Of a stretch of DNA of 64,000 bases, positions 1-8,411 are shown in pieces. Position 1 is the stretch's first letter. Each line of letters starts with the position of its first letter. The notes under the pieces were generated by a model. That model made no database searches. It was not told the origin of the DNA and saw only the letters and a program-made list of their open reading frames with translations. A program made the translations under genes and the position numbers. This stretch comes from an uncultured Bifidobacteriaceae bacterium (lineage in GTDB: Bacteria; Verrucomicrobiota; Verrucomicrobiia; Limisphaerales; UBA11358): contig CAYUGC010000001.1 in the NCBI GenBank assembly GCA_964444085.1, positions 9,857-73,856 on the forward strand, read 5' to 3'.

Positions 1-1
1 G

Positions 2-223
2 GCTGACAAGCTCGACGTGCGCGTGAACGTGGTCGGCGGCGGTCCGCTCGGCCAAGCCGGCGCGACGCGCCATGGCATTTCTCGCGCGCTCCTGAAATTT
101 GACGCCACGCTGCGCCCCGCGCTGAAGGCGGAAGGTTTCCTCACGCGCGACCCGCGCGAACGCGAACGCAAAAAATACGGCCAGCCCGGTGCGCGCGCCC
201 GCTTCCAGTTCTCGAAGCGTTGA
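2..223 (+). CDS. rpsI: 30S ribosomal protein S9, C-terminal part (5' end lies outside the window)
   Basis: In-frame translation from nt 2 reads [30 protein letters not shown]...[14 protein letters not shown]. It carries the conserved S9 GGG-x2-GQA-x-A-x-R-x-GI-x-RAL block and the C-terminal QFSKR tail. A terminator hairpin follows. Confidence 0.85.
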   Translation, partial: ADKLDVRVNVVGGGPLGQAGATRHGISRALLKFDATLRPALKAEGFLTRDPRERERKKYGQPGARARFQFSKR

Positions 224-243
224 TCGCAACGGAAAGTTTCAAA

Positions 244-275
244 ACCCGCTGGCAAAATTGCCGGCGGGTTTTTTA
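244..275 (+). terminator. Rho-independent terminator after rpsI
   Basis: Stem cccgctggc / gccggcggg (one mismatch), loop aaaatt, followed by tttttt. Confidence 0.6.
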
Positions 276-286
276 TTGTCAGCAAT

Positions 287-354
287 CTCCTCATCCTCAT
301 CGTCATTCTCATATCAAAAAAAGAATGACGATGAGCACGGGGATGAGAATGATG
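287..354. repeat. Imperfect long hairpin built from hexamer-phased units (ctcatc... / ...gatgag)
   Basis: Left arm ctcctcatcctcatcgtcattctcat, A-rich loop, right arm aatgacgatgagcacggggatgagaatgatg. A second copy of the same family is at 57819-57906. Confidence 0.5.
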
Positions 355-358
355 TTAA

Positions 359-384
359 TTTCGTGTGTTTCGTGTGTTTCGCGG
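359..384 (+). repeat. Tandem 9-mer tttcgtgtg x2 plus a degenerate third unit
   Basis: tttcgtgtg tttcgtgtg tttcgcgg, read directly from the sequence upstream of argC. Confidence 0.6.
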
Positions 385-400
385 TTAAGATTTTTTGAAA

Positions 401-1462
401 ATGAAAATGAAAAAAGTCGCCATCGTTGGTGCCTCCGGTTACTCCGGCGAAGTCCTCGTGCAGTTGCTCCTCAACCATCCGCACGCAGAACTCGTCGCCG
501 TCACCTCGCGCCAGAACGCCGGGCAGACGCTCGCGCAGGTGTTTCCAAAATTTGCCAGCCACCCGAAATCCAAGACGCTCCGCTTCGTTGAGCCGAACGC
601 CGAAGTCCTGGCGAAGCAGGCTGATGTCGTTTTCCTTGCGCTGCCGCACGGCGTCGCCGCCGAATACGCCATCCCGCTCATCAATGCCGGTTGCACCGTC
701 ATTGATTTGAGCGCTGATTTCCGGCTCCGCAACGCGGACATCTACAAGGAATTTTACGCACACGACCATCCCGCGCCGGAACTGCTGAAAAAATCCGTTT
801 ACGGTCTGCCGGAATTTTATCGGGAAGAGATTAAAAAATCCCTACTCATCGCGTCGCCCGGCTGCTATCCGACGAGCATTTTGCTGCCGACCATTCCGCT
901 GCTGAAGGCCGGACTGATCAAGCCCGCCGGCATCATCGCCGATTCCATGAGCGGCGTCAGCGGCGCGGGCCGCAAAGCCGAGGTGGACTATCTGTTTTGC
1001 GAGTGCAACGAAAGTGTGCGCCCTTACGGCGTGCCGAGGCACCGCCATTTGTCGGAGATCGAGGAACAGCTTTCCTTCGCCGCCGGCACGAAAGTGACGA
1101 TCCAGTTCACGCCGCATTTGATTCCCGTGAACCGCGGCATTTTGACAACACTTTATCTCGCGCCGTCGGAACATTTCAACGATGCCGCCGGTGCGGAGGC
1201 GCTTGGCAAAAAAATCGCCGCGTGTTACCAGTCGGCCTACGCCAACGAACCGTTCGTGCGCATGCTCGAAGGTAAGGCGCTGCCCGACACTAAAAACGTC
1301 GTCGGTACGAACGTCTGCGAAATCGCGTGGCGGCTTGATCCGCGCACCGGACGGCTCATCGTGATGAGCGCCGAGGACAACGTGGTCAAGGGCGCGAGCG
1401 GCCAGGCTGTGCAAAGCCTGAACATCCTGAGCGGCTGGCCGGAAACCGCCGGCTTGGTTTGA
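401..1462 (+). CDS. argC: N-acetyl-gamma-glutamyl-phosphate reductase
   Basis: N-terminal Rossmann motif VAIVGASGYSG. Active-site block SPGCYPTS. C-terminal DNVVKGASGQAVQ typical of ArgC. The start is ambiguous (TTG 395, ATG 401 or ATG 407) because it lies inside a gaaaat repeat. Confidence 0.9.
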   Translation: MKMKKVAIVGASGYSGEVLVQLLLNHPHAELVAVTSRQNAGQTLAQVFPKFASHPKSKTLRFVEPNAEVLAKQADVVFLALPHGVAAEYAIPLINAGCTVIDLSADFRLRNADIYKEFYAHDHPAPELLKKSVYGLPEFYREEIKKSLLIASPGCYPTSILLPTIPLLKAGLIKPAGIIADSMSGVSGAGRKAEVDYLFCECNESVRPYGVPRHRHLSEIEEQLSFAAGTKVTIQFTPHLIPVNRGILTTLYLAPSEHFNDAAGAEALGKKIAACYQSAYANEPFVRMLEGKALPDTKNVVGTNVCEIAWRLDPRTGRLIVMSAEDNVVKGASGQAVQSLNILSGWPETAGLV

Positions 1463-1493
1463 ATTTGAAATCTCAAATTTCAAATTTGAAACC
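1458..1493. repeat. Heptamer-phased palindromic element spanning the argC stop and the next gene's start
   Basis: aatttga aatctca aatttca aatttga. The arms aatttgaaat / atttcaaatt are complementary. A related string, tcaaatctgaaatttgaaatc, recurs at 1743-1765 inside the methyltransferase CDS. Confidence 0.55.
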
Positions 1494-2292
1494 GTCCGCG
1501 CCGTCCACCACGTGGAACGCCGCCGAATACGCGGCGAACTCCGCCGTGCAGCAAAGTTGGGCGCGCGAACTTATCGCCGGGATACACTTGCGCGGCGACG
1601 AGCACATCCTCGACATCGGCTGCGGCGACGGCAAGGTGACGGCGGAACTCGCCCGCGCCGTGCCGCGCGGTTCCGTGACCGGCACCGACGCCTCGGCGGA
1701 AATGATCGCCTTCGCCAAAAAGACTTTTCCGCCAGCCAAGGTTTCAAATCTGAAATTTGAAATCACCGACGCGCGGAAAATCAGTTCCAAAACCAAGTTC
1801 GACGTGGTCTTTTCCAACGCCGCCCTACACTGGGTGGACGACCACGAGGCGATTTTGAGCGGCGCGGCGCGCGTGCTCAAACCAGGCGGACGACTGGTCG
1901 TCTCGTGCGGCGGCAAAGGCAATGCCCACGACGTTTTTCTCGCGCTGCGGCCGGAGATGAGGCTGAAGCACTGGCGCGAATATTTTCGCAAGATGCCGAT
2001 GCCATATTTTTTCTACGCGCCGGGCGATTACGAAAAATGGTTGCCGAAATTCGGTTTCAAAATCCACGCGCTGAAACTCGCGCCGAAAGACGCGGCTTAC
2101 GCCGGCGCGGACGGTTTAGCGACCTGGCTGCGCACGACGTGGCTGCCGTTCGTCCAGCGCGTACCGGAAAATCTGCGCGAGGAATTTATCGCCGCCGTGA
2201 CGCAGCGTTACCTCGCCAAACATCCTCTGGACGCGGACAACAAAATCCACGTCCGCATGGTGCGGCTGGAAATCGAGGCGGAGAAGATTTAA
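1459..2292 (+). CDS. Class I SAM-dependent methyltransferase (trans-aconitate methyltransferase-like)
   Basis: SAM motif I ILDIGCGDGKVT. N-terminal WNAAEYAANSAVQ resembles the Tam family. Motif FDVVFSNAALHWV. The only available start is TTG inside the repeat element, overlapping the argC stop by 4 nt. Confidence 0.7.
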   Translation: MNLKSQISNLKPSAPSTTWNAAEYAANSAVQQSWARELIAGIHLRGDEHILDIGCGDGKVTAELARAVPRGSVTGTDASAEMIAFAKKTFPPAKVSNLKFEITDARKISSKTKFDVVFSNAALHWVDDHEAILSGAARVLKPGGRLVVSCGGKGNAHDVFLALRPEMRLKHWREYFRKMPMPYFFYAPGDYEKWLPKFGFKIHALKLAPKDAAYAGADGLATWLRTTWLPFVQRVPENLREEFIAAVTQRYLAKHPLDADNKIHVRMVRLEIEAEKI

Positions 2293-2365
2293 CCATCAAG
2301 AAACTAAGCAACGAAGGCCGGAAAAAACTTTGTTCCTTGGTTTCTTTGTTGTTCAATTTTTGAAA

Positions 2366-3700
2366 ATGAAAATGCAGTTCAAAGAAATCAGCGGTTCCAT
2401 CGTCGCGCCCACCGGCTTCCTCGCCAGCGGCGTGTTTTGCGACATCAAAAAACTCGGCACCGGCAAAGGCTCGAACAAAGGCCAGAAGCGCGATCTCGCG
2501 CTCATCGTCTCCGAGACGCCCGCGACCGTCGCCGGCATGTTCACCACCAACCAGGTTTGCGCCGCGCCGGTGAAAGTTTGCGTGGAGCGCATGAAAAAAG
2601 GCACGGCGCAAGTCGTCGTCGTCAATTCCGGCAATGCCAATGCCTGCACCGGCAAGCAAGGCATGGCGGATGCGAGCGAAATGGTTTTGTTCACCGAAAA
2701 AACGTTGGCGCTATCCGCCGGCCGCGCGCTGGTCGGCTCGACCGGGCGCATTGGCGTGACAATGCCGATGGACAATGTCCGCGCCGGCATCCTCGAAGCC
2801 GCGATGGAACTCGGCACCACCGCCGCGCACGCCGACCGTGCGACGGAAGCCATCATGACCAGCGACACCAAGCCGAAACAGGTCGCGGTGGAATTCAAGC
2901 TTGGCGGAAGACGCGTTCGCATCGGCGGCATTTGCAAAGGCGCGGGCATGATCCAGCCCGGCATGAGCGCGACCGGCGCGCGACCGGCGGCGTTGCCGCA
3001 CGGCGGCCTGCACGCAACGATGCTTGGCTTTATTACGACCGATGCTGCCGTGGAGCAAAAAGTTTTGCAGGTGGCGCTGCAGGAAGCGGTGGCGCACAGT
3101 TTCAACCGCATCACTGTGGACGGCGACATGAGCACGAACGACACGGTGCTCGTTTTGGCCAACGGCTTGGCCGGCAACAAACCGCTCACGGCCAAAAGCC
3201 CGGAACTGAAAACTTTCCAAGCCGCGCTGAATCACGTCTGCCTCGAACTTGCGAAGAAGATTGTCCGCGATGGCGAGGGCGTTCACCGCGTTGTGACCGT
3301 GCGCGTGAATGGTGCGAAGACGATTCAAGACGCCGATGCCGTCGCGCGCGCGGTCGCGAACAGCGCGCTGGTGAAGACAAGCTGGCACGGCGGCGACCCG
3401 AACTGGGGCCGCATCATTGACGCCATCGGCTATTCGCCGGCGACGGTGGAGGAGGAGAAAATTGACATCGGTTATTCCGCAACCGGCAGCAAAAAGATTC
3501 TCTGGAGTCTCAAGCGCGGTCAGCCGACGAAGGCGACGTTCAAGCAGCTTTGCGCTGCGGTTGCGCCGAGGGAATTTGAACTGCACATCAATCTGAACCT
3601 CGGCAAGGCGAACGCGGTGATGTATGCCGCCGATCTGACCGAGGAGTATGTGGATTTCAACAAGGGCGACGTGACGGACGCCAGTTCACTGGGCGGCTGA
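2366..3700 (+). CDS. argJ: Bifunctional ornithine acetyltransferase / N-acetylglutamate synthase
   Basis: Autoproteolysis site context GGLHATMLGFITTDA. Other family blocks: GFLASGVFCDIKK, KGAGMIQP and NAVMYAADLTEEYV. Start is at ATG 2366 or 2372, inside the shared 18-mer. Confidence 0.9.
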   Translation: MKMQFKEISGSIVAPTGFLASGVFCDIKKLGTGKGSNKGQKRDLALIVSETPATVAGMFTTNQVCAAPVKVCVERMKKGTAQVVVVNSGNANACTGKQGMADASEMVLFTEKTLALSAGRALVGSTGRIGVTMPMDNVRAGILEAAMELGTTAAHADRATEAIMTSDTKPKQVAVEFKLGGRRVRIGGICKGAGMIQPGMSATGARPAALPHGGLHATMLGFITTDAAVEQKVLQVALQEAVAHSFNRITVDGDMSTNDTVLVLANGLAGNKPLTAKSPELKTFQAALNHVCLELAKKIVRDGEGVHRVVTVRVNGAKTIQDADAVARAVANSALVKTSWHGGDPNWGRIIDAIGYSPATVEEEKIDIGYSATGSKKILWSLKRGQPTKATFKQLCAAVAPREFELHINLNLGKANAVMYAADLTEEYVDFNKGDVTDASSLGG

Positions 3701-3740
3701 TTTTCAGCCACAGATGAAACACGGGTTCTGAAAATAAAAA

Positions 3741-3767
3741 AGCCGCTGGAAAAATCCAGCGGCTTTT
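3741..3767. terminator. Bidirectional hairpin terminator between convergent argJ and the ROK kinase gene
   Basis: agccgctgga aaaa tccagcggct, flanked by an A-run upstream and a T-run downstream. Confidence 0.6.
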
Positions 3768-3793
3768 GGTTGCGCTTGAAGGTCAGCCGGCTT

Positions 3794-4840
3794 TTACGCT
3801 TGCCCACGGCTGTGATACATCGCCACGAGCGCGGCACCGATGGCCTGTGAAAGTTCACCGAGTTCCGCCGGCACGATCTTGATGGTTTTTTTCTGCGGTG
3901 CCCAGAGATACGGTTGCGCGGCGGCGCGGATGCCGTTCATGTAACGATCGCGGAATTCCGGCGTGGTGGCCTCATGGTCCATCAATCCGCCGCCAATGAC
4001 CACAATGCCGGCGTCGAACGCCATTGAAAGATTCGCGACGTGGATGCCCATGACGCGCGCCTGAAAGTCAAAAATTTCCAGCGCCAGCGCGTCGCTCTTT
4101 TGGGCACGGGTGCGGAGCGAAAGGACTTTTTCCTTGATGGGCGTGGCGGATTTCGCAAGTTCGTGTTCGGGATGGCGCTTGATGAATTCGGCGAGCAGTT
4201 GCGGCAACCCGGAAATCGTCGTGTAAGCCTCCACGCAGCCCCAGTCACGACCGCAGCCGCAGGTGAAGGGCGTGCTGCCGCCCAAGCCAAGGAGGTGCAA
4301 CGGCACAGGCATATGGCCGGCTTCCATGCCGGCGAGCGTGTCGCCGTCGAGGCAGAGTCCGTCGGCACCGACGAACGCCGCGCCGAGGCCGGAGCCGGGC
4401 ATGAGCATCAGCACGGTGGCCTTGGAATCGCCGCGCGCCAGCCGCGCCTCGGCCACGCCCCCGTAGTTGCCGTCGTTGCCGCAGACGAGCGGCAGTTCGC
4501 GGCCGGCCTGCTTCGCAAGGGCGTTTTTGTAGTCGGTATAAAAGTCCCAACCCGCGAAGCTCTTCGGTAAATTTGGCGTATTGCTCCAAACGCCGTAGCG
4601 TTCATACGGGCCGGGAACCGCGAGGCCGACGCCGGCGACCTGCGACCATTGTAGATTATTTTGCGCAAGGAATTCGCCGGTGCCGGAAATCCACGCATGG
4701 ATGACGGCTTCACGGCCCTTTTCCGAACTGGTGGAACGCTGGAGTACCTTGCTGGAAACCGGCTCGCCGTTTTCCCAGACGGCGCAAAATTTGGTGGTGG
4801 TCGCGCCGCTGTCCGTGCCGATGAAGACTTTATTGCTCAT
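3794..4840 (-). CDS. ROK family sugar kinase
   Basis: VFIGTDSGATTTKF (N-terminal ATPase fold). GNDGNYGGVAEA. ROK zinc motif CGCGRDWGCVEAY. Start moved to the internal ATG (MSNKVFIG) because the upstream 69 codons have no family-like sequence. Confidence 0.8.
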   Translation of the reverse strand: MSNKVFIGTDSGATTTKFCAVWENGEPVSSKVLQRSTSSEKGREAVIHAWISGTGEFLAQNNLQWSQVAGVGLAVPGPYERYGVWSNTPNLPKSFAGWDFYTDYKNALAKQAGRELPLVCGNDGNYGGVAEARLARGDSKATVLMLMPGSGLGAAFVGADGLCLDGDTLAGMEAGHMPVPLHLLGLGGSTPFTCGCGRDWGCVEAYTTISGLPQLLAEFIKRHPEHELAKSATPIKEKVLSLRTRAQKSDALALEIFDFQARVMGIHVANLSMAFDAGIVVIGGGLMDHEATTPEFRDRYMNGIRAAAQPYLWAPQKKTIKIVPAELGELSQAIGAALVAMYHSRGQA

Positions 4841-5143
4841 GGATGAAATATAACTGCGGGTAAGGGTGGCAAACGTCGCCGCGCTTGCCAAAATAATTCT
4901 GGCATCCAATCGTGCTTTATCCTGCGACCGCCTTGGTGATGCTTGACTTATGCGATCCCACTCGGTCAGGTCAAAGTGCGTCGTTTTTATTTTTGCCGCG
5001 CTGGCCGCCGTGCAAGCCACGGCGGTCAGCGTGGTTTTCATCGGCACGCTCGTTCACGCGAGGCTGGCAGCCTTGTCCCGGAATTGTGGGCTACTGCGGT
5101 GCCTGAGGCTTGACTTGCTGGAGCGGCGTAACAAGCTGATGGC

Positions 5144-5632
5144 GTGAGTCCGTTGCTGTGGCATGTCGCCCATACCCGCCCGCGCCGGGAGAAAAAACTG
5201 CTCCAATTTTGCGAGCGGGAAAAGCTCGCCGCCAGCCTGCCGTGCTTCGCGGCGGCGCACCAGTATCGCGGCAAGGCGGTGATCTTCCAGAAGCCGCTGT
5301 TTCCAGGCTATGTTTTCCTGAACCTCGCAGCCGGACAGCGCGACGTGATTTTGCAGAACAAACACCTCGCCGCGCTGCTGGAAATTTCTGATCAGGAATT
5401 GTTCGTCCGCCAACTCGATGAAATCCACCGCGCGCTGGAAACTAATCTGGCAATCCGCCTCGCGCCGGACATCGGCGAGGGCCGGCGCGTGAAAATCAAG
5501 TCCGGCCCGCTGCGCGGCGTCGAGGGCTGGGTGGAAAAACGCCACGGCGTGAACACCGTCCTGCTACGGCTAGACTTCATCGGCCAGGCCGCCGACGTGA
5601 AGCTGGACGCGGCGGATTTGGAATTGAGCTGA
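5144..5632 (+). CDS. NusG-family transcription antiterminator paralog (RfaH/UpxY-like)
   Basis: NGN-like N-terminus WHVAHTRPRREKKLLQF...PLFPGYVFL. KOW-like C-terminus VKIKSGPLRGVEGWVEK. Only 162 aa, GTG start, located at the head of the polysaccharide region. Confidence 0.75.
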   Translation: MSPLLWHVAHTRPRREKKLLQFCEREKLAASLPCFAAAHQYRGKAVIFQKPLFPGYVFLNLAAGQRDVILQNKHLAALLEISDQELFVRQLDEIHRALETNLAIRLAPDIGEGRRVKIKSGPLRGVEGWVEKRHGVNTVLLRLDFIGQAADVKLDAADLELS

Positions 5633-5654
5633 TGCGGCGGAATTGTTTCCGCGC

Positions 5655-6962
5655 TTAAGGCTGCTTGAGGCTCACCGCGCGGTAGAACTTTTTGTCGGTT
5701 GCCGAGGAGTTTTCATCCGTGAAGACGAACGGCGCGGTGTTCGTTTGCACTGAGGTCCAGTTCGCCAAGTCGGAGGAGGATTGCACGGCGTATTGACTGC
5801 CGGCGGTGCCGGTTCCGGTGACGGTGAAGGAGAAATGGCCATCCACCACGCCCGCCGATTCCAAGTAAGCCGGAGCCGCCGGTGTGGGCGAGACGGAAGT
5901 GACCGCCGCTTTGGCGACCGCGTTGGGCACCAGGTTTTGCGGCAGGACGGTCACGGTAAATTTTTGCGAGGTGGAGATTTTTTTGAGGCCGCTTTGAACG
6001 GTGACCGTCACTGTGATGGTCGCCGTGCCGCTGGCCTTAGCCAAGGGTTTGAAGGTCAGCGTGCCGATGGAGTCGGGGCTGGCATAAACGACCTTCGGGG
6101 CGCGGATGAGCTTGGGATTGCTGGATTTGGCGGTCACTTTCATCTTGGTCAGCACCGATTTTTTGCTGCTGGCCGTTTGCAGAACCGAGCCCGGCGAGAT
6201 GCCGGTGAGCGCCACCGCCTGCGCGGGCGAACCCAATCCCAACGTGACATCCGCCAGCGGATCAAGTGTCGGCAAATTGTTGGTAGCCACGACCGTCACG
6301 GTGAAACTACGGGACACCAGGTTGTTTTGCGCCGCGCCGTTGTTGACGGTCACCGTGATGACCACCGTGCCGGTCATGTTGGTCGCCGGCGCAAATGCCA
6401 GCGTGCCGGCGCTGTCGGGGCTGTTGTAATTAATTACCGGGGCCGGAATCAGCGCCGGGTTGCTGGAAACCGCCGTGACATTCAACCCCTGGCCGCTGCC
6501 CAAGCTGATGCCGGTGAGGTCGATGGTTTGCGCCCCGGCATTTTCGTTGATGGCCAAATTATTTAGCGCGTCAAGCGCCGGCGACTGGTAAACCGGTGCG
6601 GGCGGCGCGGGCGGGGTGACGACGGCATTCGCGGTGACGGCGGTGGCCTCGTCGGAAAAATCGCTTTCCACGCCGTCCGCGCCGTAGGTCGTTGCGGCAA
6701 AAAAGTAAGTCGTGCCGTCGGCTAGCCCGGCGATGACCGTGCTGGTGACGTTGCCGACATCCACGGAGTTCGTGTAAGTGCGGCTCGCGCCGCCGTAGTA
6801 GATTTTGTAGCCGGCCACATTCGCGTCCGGGCTGGGGTTCCACGCGAGCGGGACGGAGACATCGGCGATGGCGGACAGTGCAGTGAACGCCAGTAAAAAC
6901 GCCAACCAGCGCAGCGAAGATTTCTTCGCACCGGTTTTTTGGATTGTCGCTGGCCGCATCAC
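5655..6962 (-). CDS. Secreted protein with an N-terminal fibronectin type III domain and two Ig-like repeats
   Basis: Signal-like N-terminus LRWLAFLLAFTALSAIA. FN3 block PLAWNPSPDANVAGYKIYYG...TTYFFAATTY. Two internally similar about 100-aa repeats (SSNPALIPAPVINYNSPDSAGTLAFAP / SSNPKLIRAPKVVYASPDSIGTLTFKP). C-terminal beta-sandwich-like tail. Confidence 0.6.
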   Translation of the reverse strand: MMRPATIQKTGAKKSSLRWLAFLLAFTALSAIADVSVPLAWNPSPDANVAGYKIYYGGASRTYTNSVDVGNVTSTVIAGLADGTTYFFAATTYGADGVESDFSDEATAVTANAVVTPPAPPAPVYQSPALDALNNLAINENAGAQTIDLTGISLGSGQGLNVTAVSSNPALIPAPVINYNSPDSAGTLAFAPATNMTGTVVITVTVNNGAAQNNLVSRSFTVTVVATNNLPTLDPLADVTLGLGSPAQAVALTGISPGSVLQTASSKKSVLTKMKVTAKSSNPKLIRAPKVVYASPDSIGTLTFKPLAKASGTATITVTVTVQSGLKKISTSQKFTVTVLPQNLVPNAVAKAAVTSVSPTPAAPAYLESAGVVDGHFSFTVTGTGTAGSQYAVQSSSDLANWTSVQTNTAPFVFTDENSSATDKKFYRAVSLKQP

Positions 6963-7007
6963 AGGTGGCCTATTGCATAACGACTGCCAATAAACTTCCG
7001 CCGGCGT

Positions 7008-7024
7008 GGAAAAACGCGTTTTCC
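7008..7024. promoter_or_regulatory. Near-perfect palindrome ggaaaaacgcgttttcc in a divergent intergenic region
   Basis: Read directly. Further GGAAA/TTTCC half-sites lie at 7041-7054 and 7091-7125. No binding protein can be assigned. Confidence 0.3.
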
Positions 7025-7400
7025 GCTCCCGGTTGACGGCGGTGGAAAATTTGGGCGGATTATTCCGCGCATATTCAGGGGTTTTGCGGGGTTTTCCGCC
7101 GTCGGAAATTTTCTGGAAAATTTTTCAGACGGCGCGGCGGAAGTCTGGAGGTGAAAGTGTTCAAGACAATTCTGTCAGCTCTGTCCTGAAAAAATACACA
7201 AGATTTGGGCGGCCGAAATCCGCTGAAAACGATGGGAATTTGGACCGGCAAACCGCCCGGATACCCGGCGCAAATGTCTTGTGTTTGCTTCGGAATCGGG
7301 CTAAATGTCGTCAGATTTGGGAAGCCGTGGGTTCCCGGATGGCCGGAAGCATCACGGAAAACGACGCTTGAACCAGCCCGACCATTTGTCTTTGCGCCTC

Positions 7401-8342
7401 ATGCGCCTGAAATCCCCGGAAGAACTGGAGTTCAAGGGGGACGCGCTGAATTTTTTGTTCGGCAAAAGCGGCGCGGGCAAATTCGCCTCGCCCCGCGCCA
7501 CGCACCGGCTGGCGGCGGGCGATGTCCTCGTTTTCAATGGCGTGACCGGCGGTAAAAGCGGCGTGGGCGATGGCAAGAATGAATTTCAATTCTGGAACTT
7601 TTCCGTCTCCTTTGAAAACCTGCTGCCGCTGTTCGCCAGCCACGAAATCAGCCTGCTGCACCACCTCGCCGAAAACCTCAAGGCTACCCGTTTTTTTGCC
7701 GCGCGCACGCCGCTGGCGGCGGACTGCCAGCGGCTGCTCGCGGAGGTGCCGGCGGATTTTAACCTAGACCATCGCGGGCAGTTGCTCCGCATCGCCGCCA
7801 GCGTTTTGGCCTCTGAATTCAAGGTGATTCAGGCGCAGCGCGGCGCGGACGCCGGGCCGGACGACCACGTCGCCCAGGTGTTCGAAAAGCTGTCGGTGTC
7901 CGACCTCATCAACCTTTCCGTCGGCGAGCTGGCGGGCCGGTTCAGTTGTAGCCGCCGACATTTGAACCGGCTGTTCCACCAGCATTTCGGCGTGTCCGTG
8001 GCGTCGTTGCGCATGGAGATGCGGCTGCTCAAGGCGGTCTCGTTGTTGCGCGACGCGAAGGCTAAAATCATCAACGTCGCCGAGGAGTGCGGCTTTAACC
8101 ATCTCGGCCTGTTCAACACCTGTTTCAAGCGGCGCTTCGGCGTCAGCCCCGGCCAGTGGCGCAAGTCCGCCCTGAAGGCCGAGGATGCGTCGCTGCAAAA
8201 AATGGACGACGCCAAAACTACGGCACCGCTGCCGGCCATGCTGGGTGCGGTCGCCAGCAAGATCAGCGGCGGCCCGGAAATCCTGGCCGATTTGCAACGG
8301 CGGAACCTGTTGTCGGCCGGACCGGCGCGGGCAATCGAATGA
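7401..8342 (+). CDS. AraC/XylS family transcriptional regulator
   Basis: C-terminal double HTH: INLSVGELAGRFSCSRRHLNRLFHQHFG and IINVAEECGFNHLGLFNTCFKRRFGVSPGQWR. Start placed at ATG 7401; the ORF-track start at 7305 is possible. Confidence 0.8.
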   Translation: MRLKSPEELEFKGDALNFLFGKSGAGKFASPRATHRLAAGDVLVFNGVTGGKSGVGDGKNEFQFWNFSVSFENLLPLFASHEISLLHHLAENLKATRFFAARTPLAADCQRLLAEVPADFNLDHRGQLLRIAASVLASEFKVIQAQRGADAGPDDHVAQVFEKLSVSDLINLSVGELAGRFSCSRRHLNRLFHQHFGVSVASLRMEMRLLKAVSLLRDAKAKIINVAEECGFNHLGLFNTCFKRRFGVSPGQWRKSALKAEDASLQKMDDAKTTAPLPAMLGAVASKISGGPEILADLQRRNLLSAGPARAIE

Positions 8343-8411
8343 AAACCATGTGTTTCGGCAAGGATTGTGCTTCCGCTGGAGGCGCAATCAGAGGACAATT
8401 TGAAAAAACTT

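Noticed and set aside
842-1483. Long antisense or alternative-frame ORFs overlapping nearly every real gene. Examples: 842-1483(-), 2353-3195(-), 11119-12156(-), 13165-14523(-), 27485-28864(-), 35527-36693(-), 45224-46315(-), 56482-57849(-), 60717-61919(+).
   Set aside because: They are typical shadow ORFs of high-GC DNA. Their translations are Arg/Ala/Gly/Pro-rich with no recognisable motifs, and each lies opposite a gene with strong family signatures.
7006-7371. 121-aa ORF in the FN3 / AraC intergenic region.
   Set aside because: It has no protein-like features. It lies over the half-site repeat cluster and overlaps the likely AraC leader, so I treated it as non-coding regulatory DNA.
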